Source of the DNA: Candidatus Micrarchaeota archaeon
GTDB lineage: Archaea; Micrarchaeota; Micrarchaeia; Micrarchaeales; CABMGC01
Direction: 5' to 3'
Length of the DNA: 19,711 bases
Assembly: GCA_027319905.1 (NCBI GenBank)
Contig: DAHVMJ010000014.1
Location: 1 to 19,711 of the forward strand
The position numbers and the translations under genes were made by a program. The notes below the pieces were generated by a model. The model was not told the origin of the DNA and searched no databases. It was given only the letters and a program-made list of their open reading frames with translations. How positions within the stretch are numbered: the stretch's first letter is position 1; each line of letters starts with the position of its first letter. Of this stretch, positions 1 to 8,057 are shown in pieces.

Positions 1-1980
1 CTAAAGCAGCGCGTACGTGATGAACACAGGCGCTAGCAGTATCGAGATAGTGCTCACCACCTTTATCATCGAGTTGAGCGCGGGTCCGGCCGTATCCTTC
101 AGAGGGTCTCCGACGGTGTCGCCCACCACCGAAGCCTTGTGGGCATCGCTTCCCTTGCCCCCGAACTTGCCGGTCTCTATGTACTTCTTGGCGTTGTCCA
201 TGGCGGCGCCGCCGTTTGCCATGAAGAGCGCCATTACAAAGCTTGTGGGTATCATGCCAACGAGCAGGCCCCCGAGCGCAGCCTTTCCAAGCACGAGGCC
301 CACGATGATAGGAGTTGCAATCGCTAGCACCTCGGGCACCACAAGCGCCTTGAGCGCATTAACGGTGACTATGTCCACAGCCTTCGCGTAGTCAGGCTTC
401 GCCTTTCCTGTGAGTATTCCCTTTATCGTCCTTACCTGCCTCCTGACCTCTTCGACCATGATTGTTGCTGTCTTGCCAACAGCCTCCATCAGGAACGATG
501 AGAAGATGAATGGCAGGAGGGCGCCGATGAAGATGCCGGCGGTAACCACCGGGTTCAGCGCATCAAGCACCGATATGTGCACTGCCTGCGCGAACGCAAC
601 GAAAAGCGCAGTTGCTGAAAGCGCAGCTCCGCCGATCGCGAATCCCTTTGTCGTTGCCTTGGTGGTGTTGCCGAGCGCGTCGAGCGCGTCGGTGACGTTC
701 CTGACCCTGCTCGGCAGGTGCGCCATTTCAGCGATGCCGCCCGCGTTGTCCGTTATCGGCCCGAAGGAGTCGATTGTCAGTATGGTGGCTGTGAGTGAAA
801 GCATACCGACCGCGGCTATGCCTATTCCATAAACGCCGGCTGCGAAGTAGCTGACCAGTATCGCAACGACGATGAAGATTACTGGGAAGAACGTGGTCCT
901 GAGTCCCACCGACAGGCCCATTATCACATCCGTGCCCGCGCCTCCGCGCGCGGCCTCGGATATCTTGATCACCTGCCTCCTTCCACTGCCCGTATAGTAA
1001 TCAGTAATAGCGAACAGCAGTATGGCGAGCACGAGGCCCGAAAGCACGGCCACAAAGTAATCGACGCTGAATCCGAGCAGATATGTTATGGCGTAGTCGA
1101 TTATGGCCGACACTATTATTGCAGAACCTATTCCTTTGTACAGCGCGCCTGTAGCGTTGCGCTTCTTGGTCTTCATGAAGAGCATGCTTGCCAGGCTGCC
1201 CACGACTCCCGCGGCGGCGATGTAAAGCGGATAAGTGAATAGCTGGACGTGCGCTGCGGCTATGCCCGCAGCGATGAGGAGGGCTGCTACAAGCGTTACG
1301 ACATAGCTCTCGTACACATCCGCGGCCATCCCCGCGCAGTCGCCAACATTGTCGCCAACATTGTCCGCTATGACCGCAGGGTTCCTGGGGTCATCTTCGG
1401 GCATGTTCAGCTCGGTCTTGCCAACAAGGTCGGCCCCCACATCGGCCGACTTGGTGTAGATCCCTCCGCCGACTCGGGCGAAGAGCGAAACAAGAGAAGC
1501 GCCGAACCCGAAACCTATCAGTATTGCCACATTGCTTATTGTCAGGTAGCTGAGCAGCAGGCTTATGCCTATGAGGCCGAAACCGATTGCCGCGAATCCA
1601 GTCACCGCGCCGCCCATGATTGCAGTATAGAATGCTGCGCCGACGCCCTTCTCAGCGGCTTTGGCAGTCCTGACGTTGGCGCGGACGGCTACGTTCATGC
1701 CAAGGTATGCGGTCAGGTACGATGTTACGGCGCCGGTCACGAACGCTATGATTATCTGGCTACCGTTCTGGAGGAAGTAGAAGAGTATTGAGAGTACGAC
1801 CACGAACGCACCTATGGTCATCGCCTGCCTGTTCAGGTATGCGCTTGATCCGCTCCTTACAGCGTCAGATAGTTCCTGCATCTGCTTGGTTCCGGCGTCC
1901 TTCTTCAATGTTATGATCGCTGCTGCTATCGAGAACAGAAGCGCCAATATTCCGAACGCTAGGCTATAGTAGTACAGCAT
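1..1980 (-). CDS. hppA: Membrane-integral H+-translocating pyrophosphatase, probably K+-independent type
   Basis: 659-aa polytopic membrane ORF with the mPPase motifs GGGIYTKSADVGADLVGK, EDDPRNP, DNVGDNVGD and GDTVGDPLKD. GNTTKA has Lys at the K+-dependence determinant position. Confidence 0.95.
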   Translation of the reverse strand: MLYYYSLAFGILALLFSIAAAIITLKKDAGTKQMQELSDAVRSGSSAYLNRQAMTIGAFVVVLSILFYFLQNGSQIIIAFVTGAVTSYLTAYLGMNVAVRANVRTAKAAEKGVGAAFYTAIMGGAVTGFAAIGFGLIGISLLLSYLTISNVAILIGFGFGASLVSLFARVGGGIYTKSADVGADLVGKTELNMPEDDPRNPAVIADNVGDNVGDCAGMAADVYESYVVTLVAALLIAAGIAAAHVQLFTYPLYIAAAGVVGSLASMLFMKTKKRNATGALYKGIGSAIIVSAIIDYAITYLLGFSVDYFVAVLSGLVLAILLFAITDYYTGSGRRQVIKISEAARGGAGTDVIMGLSVGLRTTFFPVIFIVVAILVSYFAAGVYGIGIAAVGMLSLTATILTIDSFGPITDNAGGIAEMAHLPSRVRNVTDALDALGNTTKATTKGFAIGGAALSATALFVAFAQAVHISVLDALNPVVTAGIFIGALLPFIFSSFLMEAVGKTATIMVEEVRRQVRTIKGILTGKAKPDYAKAVDIVTVNALKALVVPEVLAIATPIIVGLVLGKAALGGLLVGMIPTSFVMALFMANGGAAMDNAKKYIETGKFGGKGSDAHKASVVGDTVGDPLKDTAGPALNSMIKVVSTISILLAPVFITYALL

Positions 1981-2009
1981 AAAAGTACCGAGTAGCCTTC
2001 GCCGTAAAA

Positions 2010-2020
2010 GTATTTAAATT
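2010..2020 (-). promoter_or_regulatory. Probable TATA box of hppA (TTTAAATA)
   Basis: Minus strand reads aatttaaatac about 30 nt upstream of the ATG at 1980, consistent with a leaderless or short-leader transcript. Confidence 0.5.
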
Positions 2021-2112
2021 CTCTTTATGAGCATAGCATGCGTGACAGCCAAACAGCAGAGAAGAAATATTATGGCGCAAAGCGCCAGGGAGTACCTCCA
2101 CCTCGCCTTAAA

Positions 2113-2871
2113 CTAAGATAACGAGAAACCCCCTGGAGGAAGATGCTGCATTACGTAATCGATATCAGCGTAGCCTAGTTTCTTCGCTATCGCCTTCGCC
2201 GCGTCTGACTTCTTGGCCTTGCCGGGGCGCAGTGCCACGCTACCACGCATGCCTGGAGCTGCTTGGGCCGTGCAAGGAACTATGTTCAGTTTCTTCGAGA
2301 TCGTGGCTGCAAGCTCGAGTTTAACATTCCTGTACCATTCTCTCTCGCCAGAGATAAGGAAGCTGCCCGTGCCGAGCGATCCTCCGCTTTTTGACTTTGA
2401 AACCTGTTCCTTTTTCGCTGAAAATACATCTACGGCAGCAAGGCCTTCTTCCCAGGCTTTGGAGAAGCATGCAGCGAACTGAGCCGTCTCGTTCTTTGCG
2501 GCATCTCCGGCTTTTGTGCCGTTCTTGAGAACCACCACAGATGCTCCGAAGATGTTCGCGTGGAAGAAGAGGTCGCTGGAATCGAAGTACTTTGCCACCA
2601 CTTCCTCGTTCTGCTGTGCGCTCCTCCCGCCTATGGCGAGCTCGCCTTCGCTGGTGAAGAACCAGTAGAACCTCTCGTACCACTCCCGCTCTTCCTTTTT
2701 GTGCAGCTCCTTTGCAACGATTCTCTCTTTCTCCAGCCCCGCCATCCTCTGCTCCAGTCTTTTTATCGCCTGCTCCGCACCCTCGAGCTTGCGCTTCGCC
2801 TCCTTCGCTCTCTCAAAATACGCTTCTGCGTTCTGCTGTGCCGACTTCGTGTAGTCGAGCTCCGCCTCCAT
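2113..2871 (-). CDS. NFACT RNA-binding (NFACT-R) domain protein, short Rqc2/NEMF-like
   Basis: Motifs QNAExYFERAK (coiled coil), WYERFYWFFTS, GGRSAQQNE, FFHANIFGAS and GSFLISGER. The start was moved to ATG 2871, just past the secE stop. Confidence 0.85.
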   Translation of the reverse strand: MEAELDYTKSAQQNAEAYFERAKEAKRKLEGAEQAIKRLEQRMAGLEKERIVAKELHKKEEREWYERFYWFFTSEGELAIGGRSAQQNEEVVAKYFDSSDLFFHANIFGASVVVLKNGTKAGDAAKNETAQFAACFSKAWEEGLAAVDVFSAKKEQVSKSKSGGSLGTGSFLISGEREWYRNVKLELAATISKKLNIVPCTAQAAPGMRGSVALRPGKAKKSDAAKAIAKKLGYADIDYVMQHLPPGGFSLS

Positions 2872-2872
2872 G

Positions 2873-3058
2873 CTATGCAATTAGACCCACGATTATAGAT
2901 ATTATGTAGCCTATGATGCCGAGCAGTATGGTGCCGAAGAGGACTATCTTGAGCGTCCGTTTGAACTCAGGCATGCCGGGCTTGTAGCTTATGCTGAGCA
3001 TTCGCTGCGAGTCAGCTATGAACTGCCTTATCATAGCAATCGGGTTAAATTTCATCAC
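2873..3058 (-). CDS. secE: Protein translocase SecE/Sec61-gamma subunit
   Basis: 61 aa with RMLSISYKPxxxEF followed by one transmembrane helix (GIIGYII). It lies near ftsZ, as is usual in archaea. Confidence 0.9.
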   Translation of the reverse strand: MMKFNPIAMIRQFIADSQRMLSISYKPGMPEFKRTLKIVLFGTILLGIIGYIISIIVGLIA

Positions 3059-3102
3059 TTAGCCTTTGTCAGAATAACTATTAAACTTTTACACATCAGG
3101 AG

Positions 3103-3516
3103 ATGAATGTGGAAAACTGGATTACGAGACTTCACAGCAAAGGGCTTAGCTCGACGCTTGATGCCTACCACATCGATTGGGACAGACCCCATATCGACTG
3201 GGTATCAAAGATAGCGAGGACCCTGAAGATATCAGACCGCGAAGACAAAACCGAGGTTGAACTGTCGGCTGTCGTGAAGGTTTTGAGAGACGGTGAGAAT
3301 GCGGACAGCGAAGAAAAAACCGCGAAATTGATTGCGGAAAAAAACGGGATGAGCGTGGGCTTCATTCGCTGGGTCGGCGACTACAAAATAAGAGCTCTAC
3401 TTATGACCAGCAGGCGCATGAGAGAGACTGATGTTACTGCATTACTTGAGGCCGCTGAAGATATCAGAAAAGCTAGAGAGCTGCTTTCCCAGGGGCTGAG
3501 GACTGAAAGCTCCTAA
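3103..3516 (+). CDS. Hypothetical protein
   Basis: 137-aa ORF fills the secE-ftsZ gap, has an AT-rich TATA-like stretch upstream, and its stop overlaps the ftsZ stop. No recognisable motif. Confidence 0.6.
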   Translation: MNVENWITRLHSKGLSSTLDAYHIDWDRPHIDWVSKIARTLKISDREDKTEVELSAVVKVLRDGENADSEEKTAKLIAEKNGMSVGFIRWVGDYKIRALLMTSRRMRETDVTALLEAAEDIRKARELLSQGLRTESS

Positions 3517-4583
3517 TCGAACATCTCGTCTAGATCTGCGCTGCCTTCAGTAGTTTGCAGCTTGTTCTTTATGCCATCTTCAGTATAGGTCGCGTATTCT
3601 ACACCGCCCATGACCACCATTATCTTGAGCGCGTTCTTCGGCATGTCCGGCTCTATCCTCGCGCCCCACTTCAGCATCGCGTCGTCGCTTATCCTGCTCG
3701 ATACTTCCTGGAATATGCTCTCGGCCTCACGCAGCGTGAGGTCCTGACCGCCGACTATGTTGACGAGCGCCTTCTTCGCCGTCGCGAGATCGACATCGAG
3801 AAGCGGGCTCTTGAGCGTGTTCTCCACAGCTATTATCGCCCTGTCCTTTGTCTGCGTGCCGTTGCTCTCGCCCAGGCCTATGACCGCGTAGCCAGAATCC
3901 TTGAGCACGCTCCTCAGGTCGGCGAAGTCGATGTTGACCATGCCGGGCTTTGTGACCATCTCTACTATGCCTTTTGTTGCGTTAGCAAGCACCTCGTCGC
4001 TCACCTTGAACGCCATGTTGAGAGGAAGGTCTGGTGCTATGCTCAGCAGCTTGTCGTTTGGTATGATTATCGTGGTGTCAGTTGCGCGCTTAAGTTTCTG
4101 AAGGCCTTCAAGGGCCGATCGCATCCTTGCGCGGCCCTCTGTGGAAAACGGGAGCGTGACTATGCCAACTGTGAGCGCACCTGCCTCTTTGGCTTCGTGG
4201 GCTATGACAGGCACCGAGCCTGTTCCAGTCCCGCCTCCCAATCCGCATGTGACAAACACGAGCTGCGCGTCGCTGAGCATGTGCCTTATGTCCTCCTTGC
4301 TCTCGTGTGTCGCCTCTTCACCCAGCTTGGGGTCGCTCCCTGCTCCAAGGCCGCGCGTTGCCTTCTTGCCAAGAAGGAGCTTGCGGTGTGATTTTATGCG
4401 CACGAGGTGCTGTGCGTCTGTGTTCATTGCGACGAGCGTAGCGCCTTCTATGTTTGACTCTATCATGCGGGATACTGTATTTGAGCCGGATCCTCCCGAA
4501 CCCACGATGTAGATCTTGGGCTTGGCTGACTCTATGAACTTGAGCAGCTCCTCATCGTCTGGAGAGACGAAGTTCTCTGCCAT
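3513..4583 (-). CDS. ftsZ: Cell division protein FtsZ (archaeal FtsZ1-like)
   Basis: Motifs GSGGSGSN, NTDAQHL, the tubulin signature GLGGGTGTG, and the T7 loop NIDFAD. Confidence 0.97.
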   Translation of the reverse strand: MAENFVSPDDEELLKFIESAKPKIYIVGSGGSGSNTVSRMIESNIEGATLVAMNTDAQHLVRIKSHRKLLLGKKATRGLGAGSDPKLGEEATHESKEDIRHMLSDAQLVFVTCGLGGGTGTGSVPVIAHEAKEAGALTVGIVTLPFSTEGRARMRSALEGLQKLKRATDTTIIIPNDKLLSIAPDLPLNMAFKVSDEVLANATKGIVEMVTKPGMVNIDFADLRSVLKDSGYAVIGLGESNGTQTKDRAIIAVENTLKSPLLDVDLATAKKALVNIVGGQDLTLREAESIFQEVSSRISDDAMLKWGARIEPDMPKNALKIMVVMGGVEYATYTEDGIKNKLQTTEGSADLDEMFD

Positions 4584-4686
4584 TCAGATACCCAGTCGCC
4601 TGTTTTACTATGCGTAACAAGACATAAAAAGATATTGCGGCGAGGCGACGATAACTTCTAATTACCTAGCATTGAATTATAGACGT

Positions 4687-4746
4687 ATGAGAAAGCGTTC
4701 GGAAAAGCTTCAGTCGGCGATGGAGTACCTCATGACCTACCAGTAG
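4687..4746 (+). pseudogene. 19-codon stub of a class III signal peptide/pilin-like gene (MRKRSEKLQSAMEYLMTYQ*)
   Basis: Read directly from sequence: ATG at 4687 and TAG at 4744-4746. It shares QSAMEYLMTY with the LamG gene and stops just before the hydrophobic helix. Confidence 0.8.
4711..4740 (+). repeat. 30-bp direct repeat, copy 1 (copy 2 at 5169-5198)
   Basis: cagtcggcgatggagtacctCatgacctac versus cagtcggcgatggagtacctGatgacctac, 29/30 identical. Confidence 0.95.
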
Positions 4747-5100
4747 TTCCGAAAACATCACGACCACCGAAAACGCGCAGGGCGTGCCGCATGCAAAAGA
4801 AGGCGCCGCAACCTCTGCGTCGCGGAATAGAGAACAGGTCGCACCAGCAGGCAGGCGCCCGGTAAATATTCGGATTCTATATCTCCCGCGTGCGTTACCC
4901 GAATATTCCTATCGTCTGAGGAAATGGGGAGAAAGGGAAGCCGCACGACTTTATCCGAATATTACAATCTATGGCTGGCATTTGGATGGGCGGCGAACTT
5001 ATGGGTTTAGCCTGCCCTCGTGAGCGAAGAGATGGAGCTGCGCCAGGGAAAGCAATAAGTTACTTTCTTGATAGGTTAGTGTGAGCCGCATGCGTTTTAA

Positions 5101-5116
5101 CACACACACACACACA
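5101..5116 (+). repeat. (CA)8 dinucleotide microsatellite
   Basis: cacacacacacacaca lies between ATG 5090 and the pilin/LamG reading frame. I saw no other tract like it in the window. Confidence 0.95.
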
Positions 5117-5126
5117 ACGAAACTCT

Positions 5127-6065
5127 TTGAGAAAGCGTAATGCCTATCTCATCCCCCACAGAAAGTCACAGTCGGCGATGGAGTACCTGATGACCTACGG
5201 GTGGGCAATCCTCATAATAGCAGTTGTCCTTGGAGCATTGTTCCAGCTCGGCGTGTTCAACGCAGGCACCTTTGCTCCAAGAGCGCCTCCGGGCGCTTGC
5301 CAGGTCTTCAGGCCGAACGGACCCAACACGGTGCAGTTCATCAATCTCGAGGGCGTGTGCAGTGGCGAGCTGCCGCAGTATGTAGGGAGCTTCATTGGTT
5401 GCAGCGGCTGTGGTAGCACCACACTTTCATGGATAAACACACCCAACCCTGACTTGACCAGTACAAGCGCTTTAACAGTAAGTGCGTGGATATACACTCA
5501 AACCAGCATTCCCTGCGACCAGCCAATATTCACAAGCTTGTTCAATGCCTACCATCCCAATGGCTTCGGCCTGGTTCTTACCAATATGAAGCCTCTTTTT
5601 GTTACTAGCAACGCCTTCACCACGATAACTTTTGACGGCGCAAGCAACGTTATCACAGGGAGCTGGACGAACATAGTCGCGACATCCGCTCTTGGGAGCG
5701 GCAGCATCTACGTTAATGGCGTGCTTTCAACCAGTGGTACGACAACTTACACAATAGTATCGAATTCTGTGGATACTAACTTTGGGATAGGGCTTGACAA
5801 TGACACGTACCAATGCCCAGGAAGATACTCGCATTTTAACGGGACGATAAGCAATGTGCAGCTTTACAATACCTCCCTTTCACAAGCAGAGGTTATGGCA
5901 CTATACGAAGAGGGCATCGGCGGTGCGCCACTGAAGCTGCAGAACCTCGTGGGTTGGTGGCCGCTCAACGGAAACGCGAACGACTACAGCGGGAACAATA
6001 ATAACGGCGCCTCGAGTGGGGTCACGTACACAAATCAGTGGACTTCTGGGTATACGCCCCCGTGA
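5127..6065 (+). CDS. Class III signal peptide (type IV pilin-like) surface protein with LamG/ConA-like jellyroll domain; true start possibly ATG 5090 across the CA tract
   Basis: RKS|QSAME with E at +5 is followed by the hydrophobic YLMTYGWAILIIAVVLGALF. LamG-type motifs include LTVSAWIY, IYVNG, FNGTISNVQLYN and LVGWWPLNGNANDYSG. Confidence 0.85.
   Translation: MRKRNAYLIPHRKSQSAMEYLMTYGWAILIIAVVLGALFQLGVFNAGTFAPRAPPGACQVFRPNGPNTVQFINLEGVCSGELPQYVGSFIGCSGCGSTTLSWINTPNPDLTSTSALTVSAWIYTQTSIPCDQPIFTSLFNAYHPNGFGLVLTNMKPLFVTSNAFTTITFDGASNVITGSWTNIVATSALGSGSIYVNGVLSTSGTTTYTIVSNSVDTNFGIGLDNDTYQCPGRYSHFNGTISNVQLYNTSLSQAEVMALYEEGIGGAPLKLQNLVGWWPLNGNANDYSGNNNNGASSGVTYTNQWTSGYTPP
5169..5198 (+). repeat. 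30-bp direct repeat, copy 2
   Basis: Matches 4711-4740 at 29/30, offset 458 bp. Confidence 0.95.
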
Positions 6066-6068
6066 CAG

Positions 6069-7535
6069 TTAGCCTATCGTCCAGAACCAGGGCAGCACGT
6101 TCAGGAGTATTGCGAGCACGAGCAGTATCGCAATGGCCTTGAGCACCTTCTTGCTCTTTATCTTGCTCTGGTAGATCCTCCAGCCATCAAAACCAGGTAT
6201 CGGCAGCAGGTTGAATATCGCCACAAAGAAGTTAAGACCGAACGAGAGAGCGACTATGGCGTAGATGAAGTTCGCCGCCTGATAGCTCAGTGTTATCTGC
6301 GCCGGCGCAACGTCTATCCCTATCTTGCCTCCGGTAACGGGGGTCAGCGCAAAGGTGCCCTCATTGGTGGTTACGTTGACCTTACCGCCAGTGTAGCCCG
6401 CTTCGGCAGCACCCAGTTGATACGCGTTGTTTATCTGCACGCTGTTCCACATGAGTATTATGGAGTTGGGGGCTATGACCCCGTACGCGGGATAGCCCTT
6501 GATCGCTTGGGTGACAAGAACCCCGCCGGTGCTTATGCTTGGCAGCAGGTAGAACAGGACAATGATGGTAAAGACCAGGAAGAGGAGCGAGGTCAGCATA
6601 TTGGCCGACACGCCGGCTATGGAGATGCGATTCTGGTAGCTCTCCTTCAGCTTCTTCACCTCGCTCTCGTCTGGTTCAACGAACGCGCCCATCGGCACTA
6701 TGCCGAAAAGTATTGCGCCTATAGACTTTATTCTCACCTTTGCTATCTTGGCCAGAACCCCGTGGGAGAACTCATGCACAACCAGCAGTATGAAGAGGCT
6801 GATTATGCCTGCGAAGAATGGTATGGTCAAGCCCGGTATGAGCGGCGCGACTCCAGGAACCTGTTGCGTAAGTATTGAGGTGTTGGGGTGCGAAGAGACG
6901 GCGCTAGCAAGGAAGAGGAGAACTGAATAAAGTATGGAGCCGCCGCTTATGAATATGAGCAGTATCGTAGAAAGACTGAACCCGCCTAGGATGCTCGCTA
7001 TTGCAAAAATCAAGAAGACGGGGCTTACGCCCTGCGCCGGCTGGGCTGCTGCTGATGCTTGGGAGCTAATCTGGGGTATGTTGATGAAGTTCAGAACCAC
7101 GGGGAGGTAGGGGAAAACGAGAAACAGGACCGCGAGCGTCGTCCCTATCCCCAGAGCCATCATCTTCTTGCTAACGTACCTGCCGAATAGGAAGTATGAG
7201 GCCAGGCCAAAGCTGAAAGCAAGCCCCCAGTCTGCAAAGGCGATCCACAGCCTCGGATTCTTCTTTGACAACCCCTCTATCAGTTTTATACCTCGCTTTC
7301 CACCAAGCAGGTATGCGCCGTACGAATTCGGTATGCCGTTTGCGGTTGCTATCGTCCTCCCGGATATCATTAGCACCGCCACCGCTACGAAGAATCTGAT
7401 AATCGCGTCGCCGGGGGTGAGAATCAAGAACGCGATCGCAAGGAACGCGGCTACAGAAATCAGCAGCGTCACCGCAACGCTGTATCTCTTGCCTGGCTTT
7501 TTGCTGGCTTTTGCACCGCGAGAACGCTTTGCCAT
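6069..7535 (-). CDS. Site-2 protease (M50 family intramembrane zinc metalloprotease)
   Basis: Has HEFSH (HExxH), GAFVEPD and NLLPIPGFDG, multiple transmembrane segments and a PDZ-like insert. Confidence 0.93.
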   Translation of the reverse strand: MAKRSRGAKASKKPGKRYSVAVTLLISVAAFLAIAFLILTPGDAIIRFFVAVAVLMISGRTIATANGIPNSYGAYLLGGKRGIKLIEGLSKKNPRLWIAFADWGLAFSFGLASYFLFGRYVSKKMMALGIGTTLAVLFLVFPYLPVVLNFINIPQISSQASAAAQPAQGVSPVFLIFAIASILGGFSLSTILLIFISGGSILYSVLLFLASAVSSHPNTSILTQQVPGVAPLIPGLTIPFFAGIISLFILLVVHEFSHGVLAKIAKVRIKSIGAILFGIVPMGAFVEPDESEVKKLKESYQNRISIAGVSANMLTSLLFLVFTIIVLFYLLPSISTGGVLVTQAIKGYPAYGVIAPNSIILMWNSVQINNAYQLGAAEAGYTGGKVNVTTNEGTFALTPVTGGKIGIDVAPAQITLSYQAANFIYAIVALSFGLNFFVAIFNLLPIPGFDGWRIYQSKIKSKKVLKAIAILLVLAILLNVLPWFWTIG

Positions 7536-7592
7536 GCTATCACTTTAATACCTTGTTTTGTGCAAATAGAGTTATATTGCTTAGGTGGTCGC

Positions 7593-8057
7593 TTGCCTGA
7601 GTGCGAAATCTGCGGGAAGAAGGTTGACACCGTATACGAGATAGTGCTTGACGGGGCCCAGATGCTGGTCTGCGAGAAGGACGCGAAGGGAAGGGACGTC
7701 GTGAACGCATTCGGTCCGGACGCCGGAAGTGGAAGGGCAAGACGGCCCGTATCAGAAGAACCGACCCAAGAAGAGCTTGTGGAGGGATACGGAGAGGTCA
7801 TAAGAAAGTCCAGGGAGGCGATGGGGCTGCCGGTAAGAGTACTTGCAGAGCGCATAAACGAGAAGGAGAGCACGCTCACGAGGATAGAGAAACAGGAGAC
7901 CCTGCCGAGCGAGAAGACGAGGAAGAAGCTGGAGAAAGAGCTGGGGATAAAGCTGCTGAACAAAGAGCCTGAAGAGAAGAGATTCGTGCAGTCAGGAAAG
8001 AACGAGCCGCCGACGCTTTGGGACATGGCAAAGAAAGATGAGAAGCATGGTGAATGA
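7593..8057 (+). CDS. mbf1: Archaeal multiprotein-bridging factor 1 (Zn-ribbon plus HTH)
   Basis: N-terminal CEICG, the YGEVIRKSRE...LAERINEKES HTH, and a TLWD-like C-terminal motif. TTG 7593 is preceded by the SD-like aggtgg. Confidence 0.85.
   Translation: MPECEICGKKVDTVYEIVLDGAQMLVCEKDAKGRDVVNAFGPDAGSGRARRPVSEEPTQEELVEGYGEVIRKSREAMGLPVRVLAERINEKESTLTRIEKQETLPSEKTRKKLEKELGIKLLNKEPEEKRFVQSGKNEPPTLWDMAKKDEKHGE

Noticed and set aside
3555..4391. Long antisense ORFs (278 aa opposite ftsZ; similar ones opposite hppA, mbf1, asnS, sufB and the TA genes)
   Set aside because: These are shadow frames of well-supported genes in GC-rich coding sequence.
4784..5023. 79-aa ORF in the spacer
   Set aside because: GTG start, no recognisable motif or convincing RBS. 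It cannot be supported as a gene.
5081..5100. gagccgcatgcg resembles the start of group II intron domain V
   Set aside because: There is no complementary 3' arm (GAAA...CGTACGG-like), no domain VI and no RT ORF. It runs straight into the CA tract.
4915..5170. gaggaaa and acagaa resemble RNase P RNA conserved regions
   Set aside because: The GAGGAAAGUCC / CGGCUUA P4 pairing is absent, and the second motif lies inside the pilin coding frame.
5127..6065. Asn-rich surface protein as a possible DGR target
   Set aside because: No reverse transcriptase and no template repeat with adenine-specific mismatches in the window. The single repeat mismatch is C/G.
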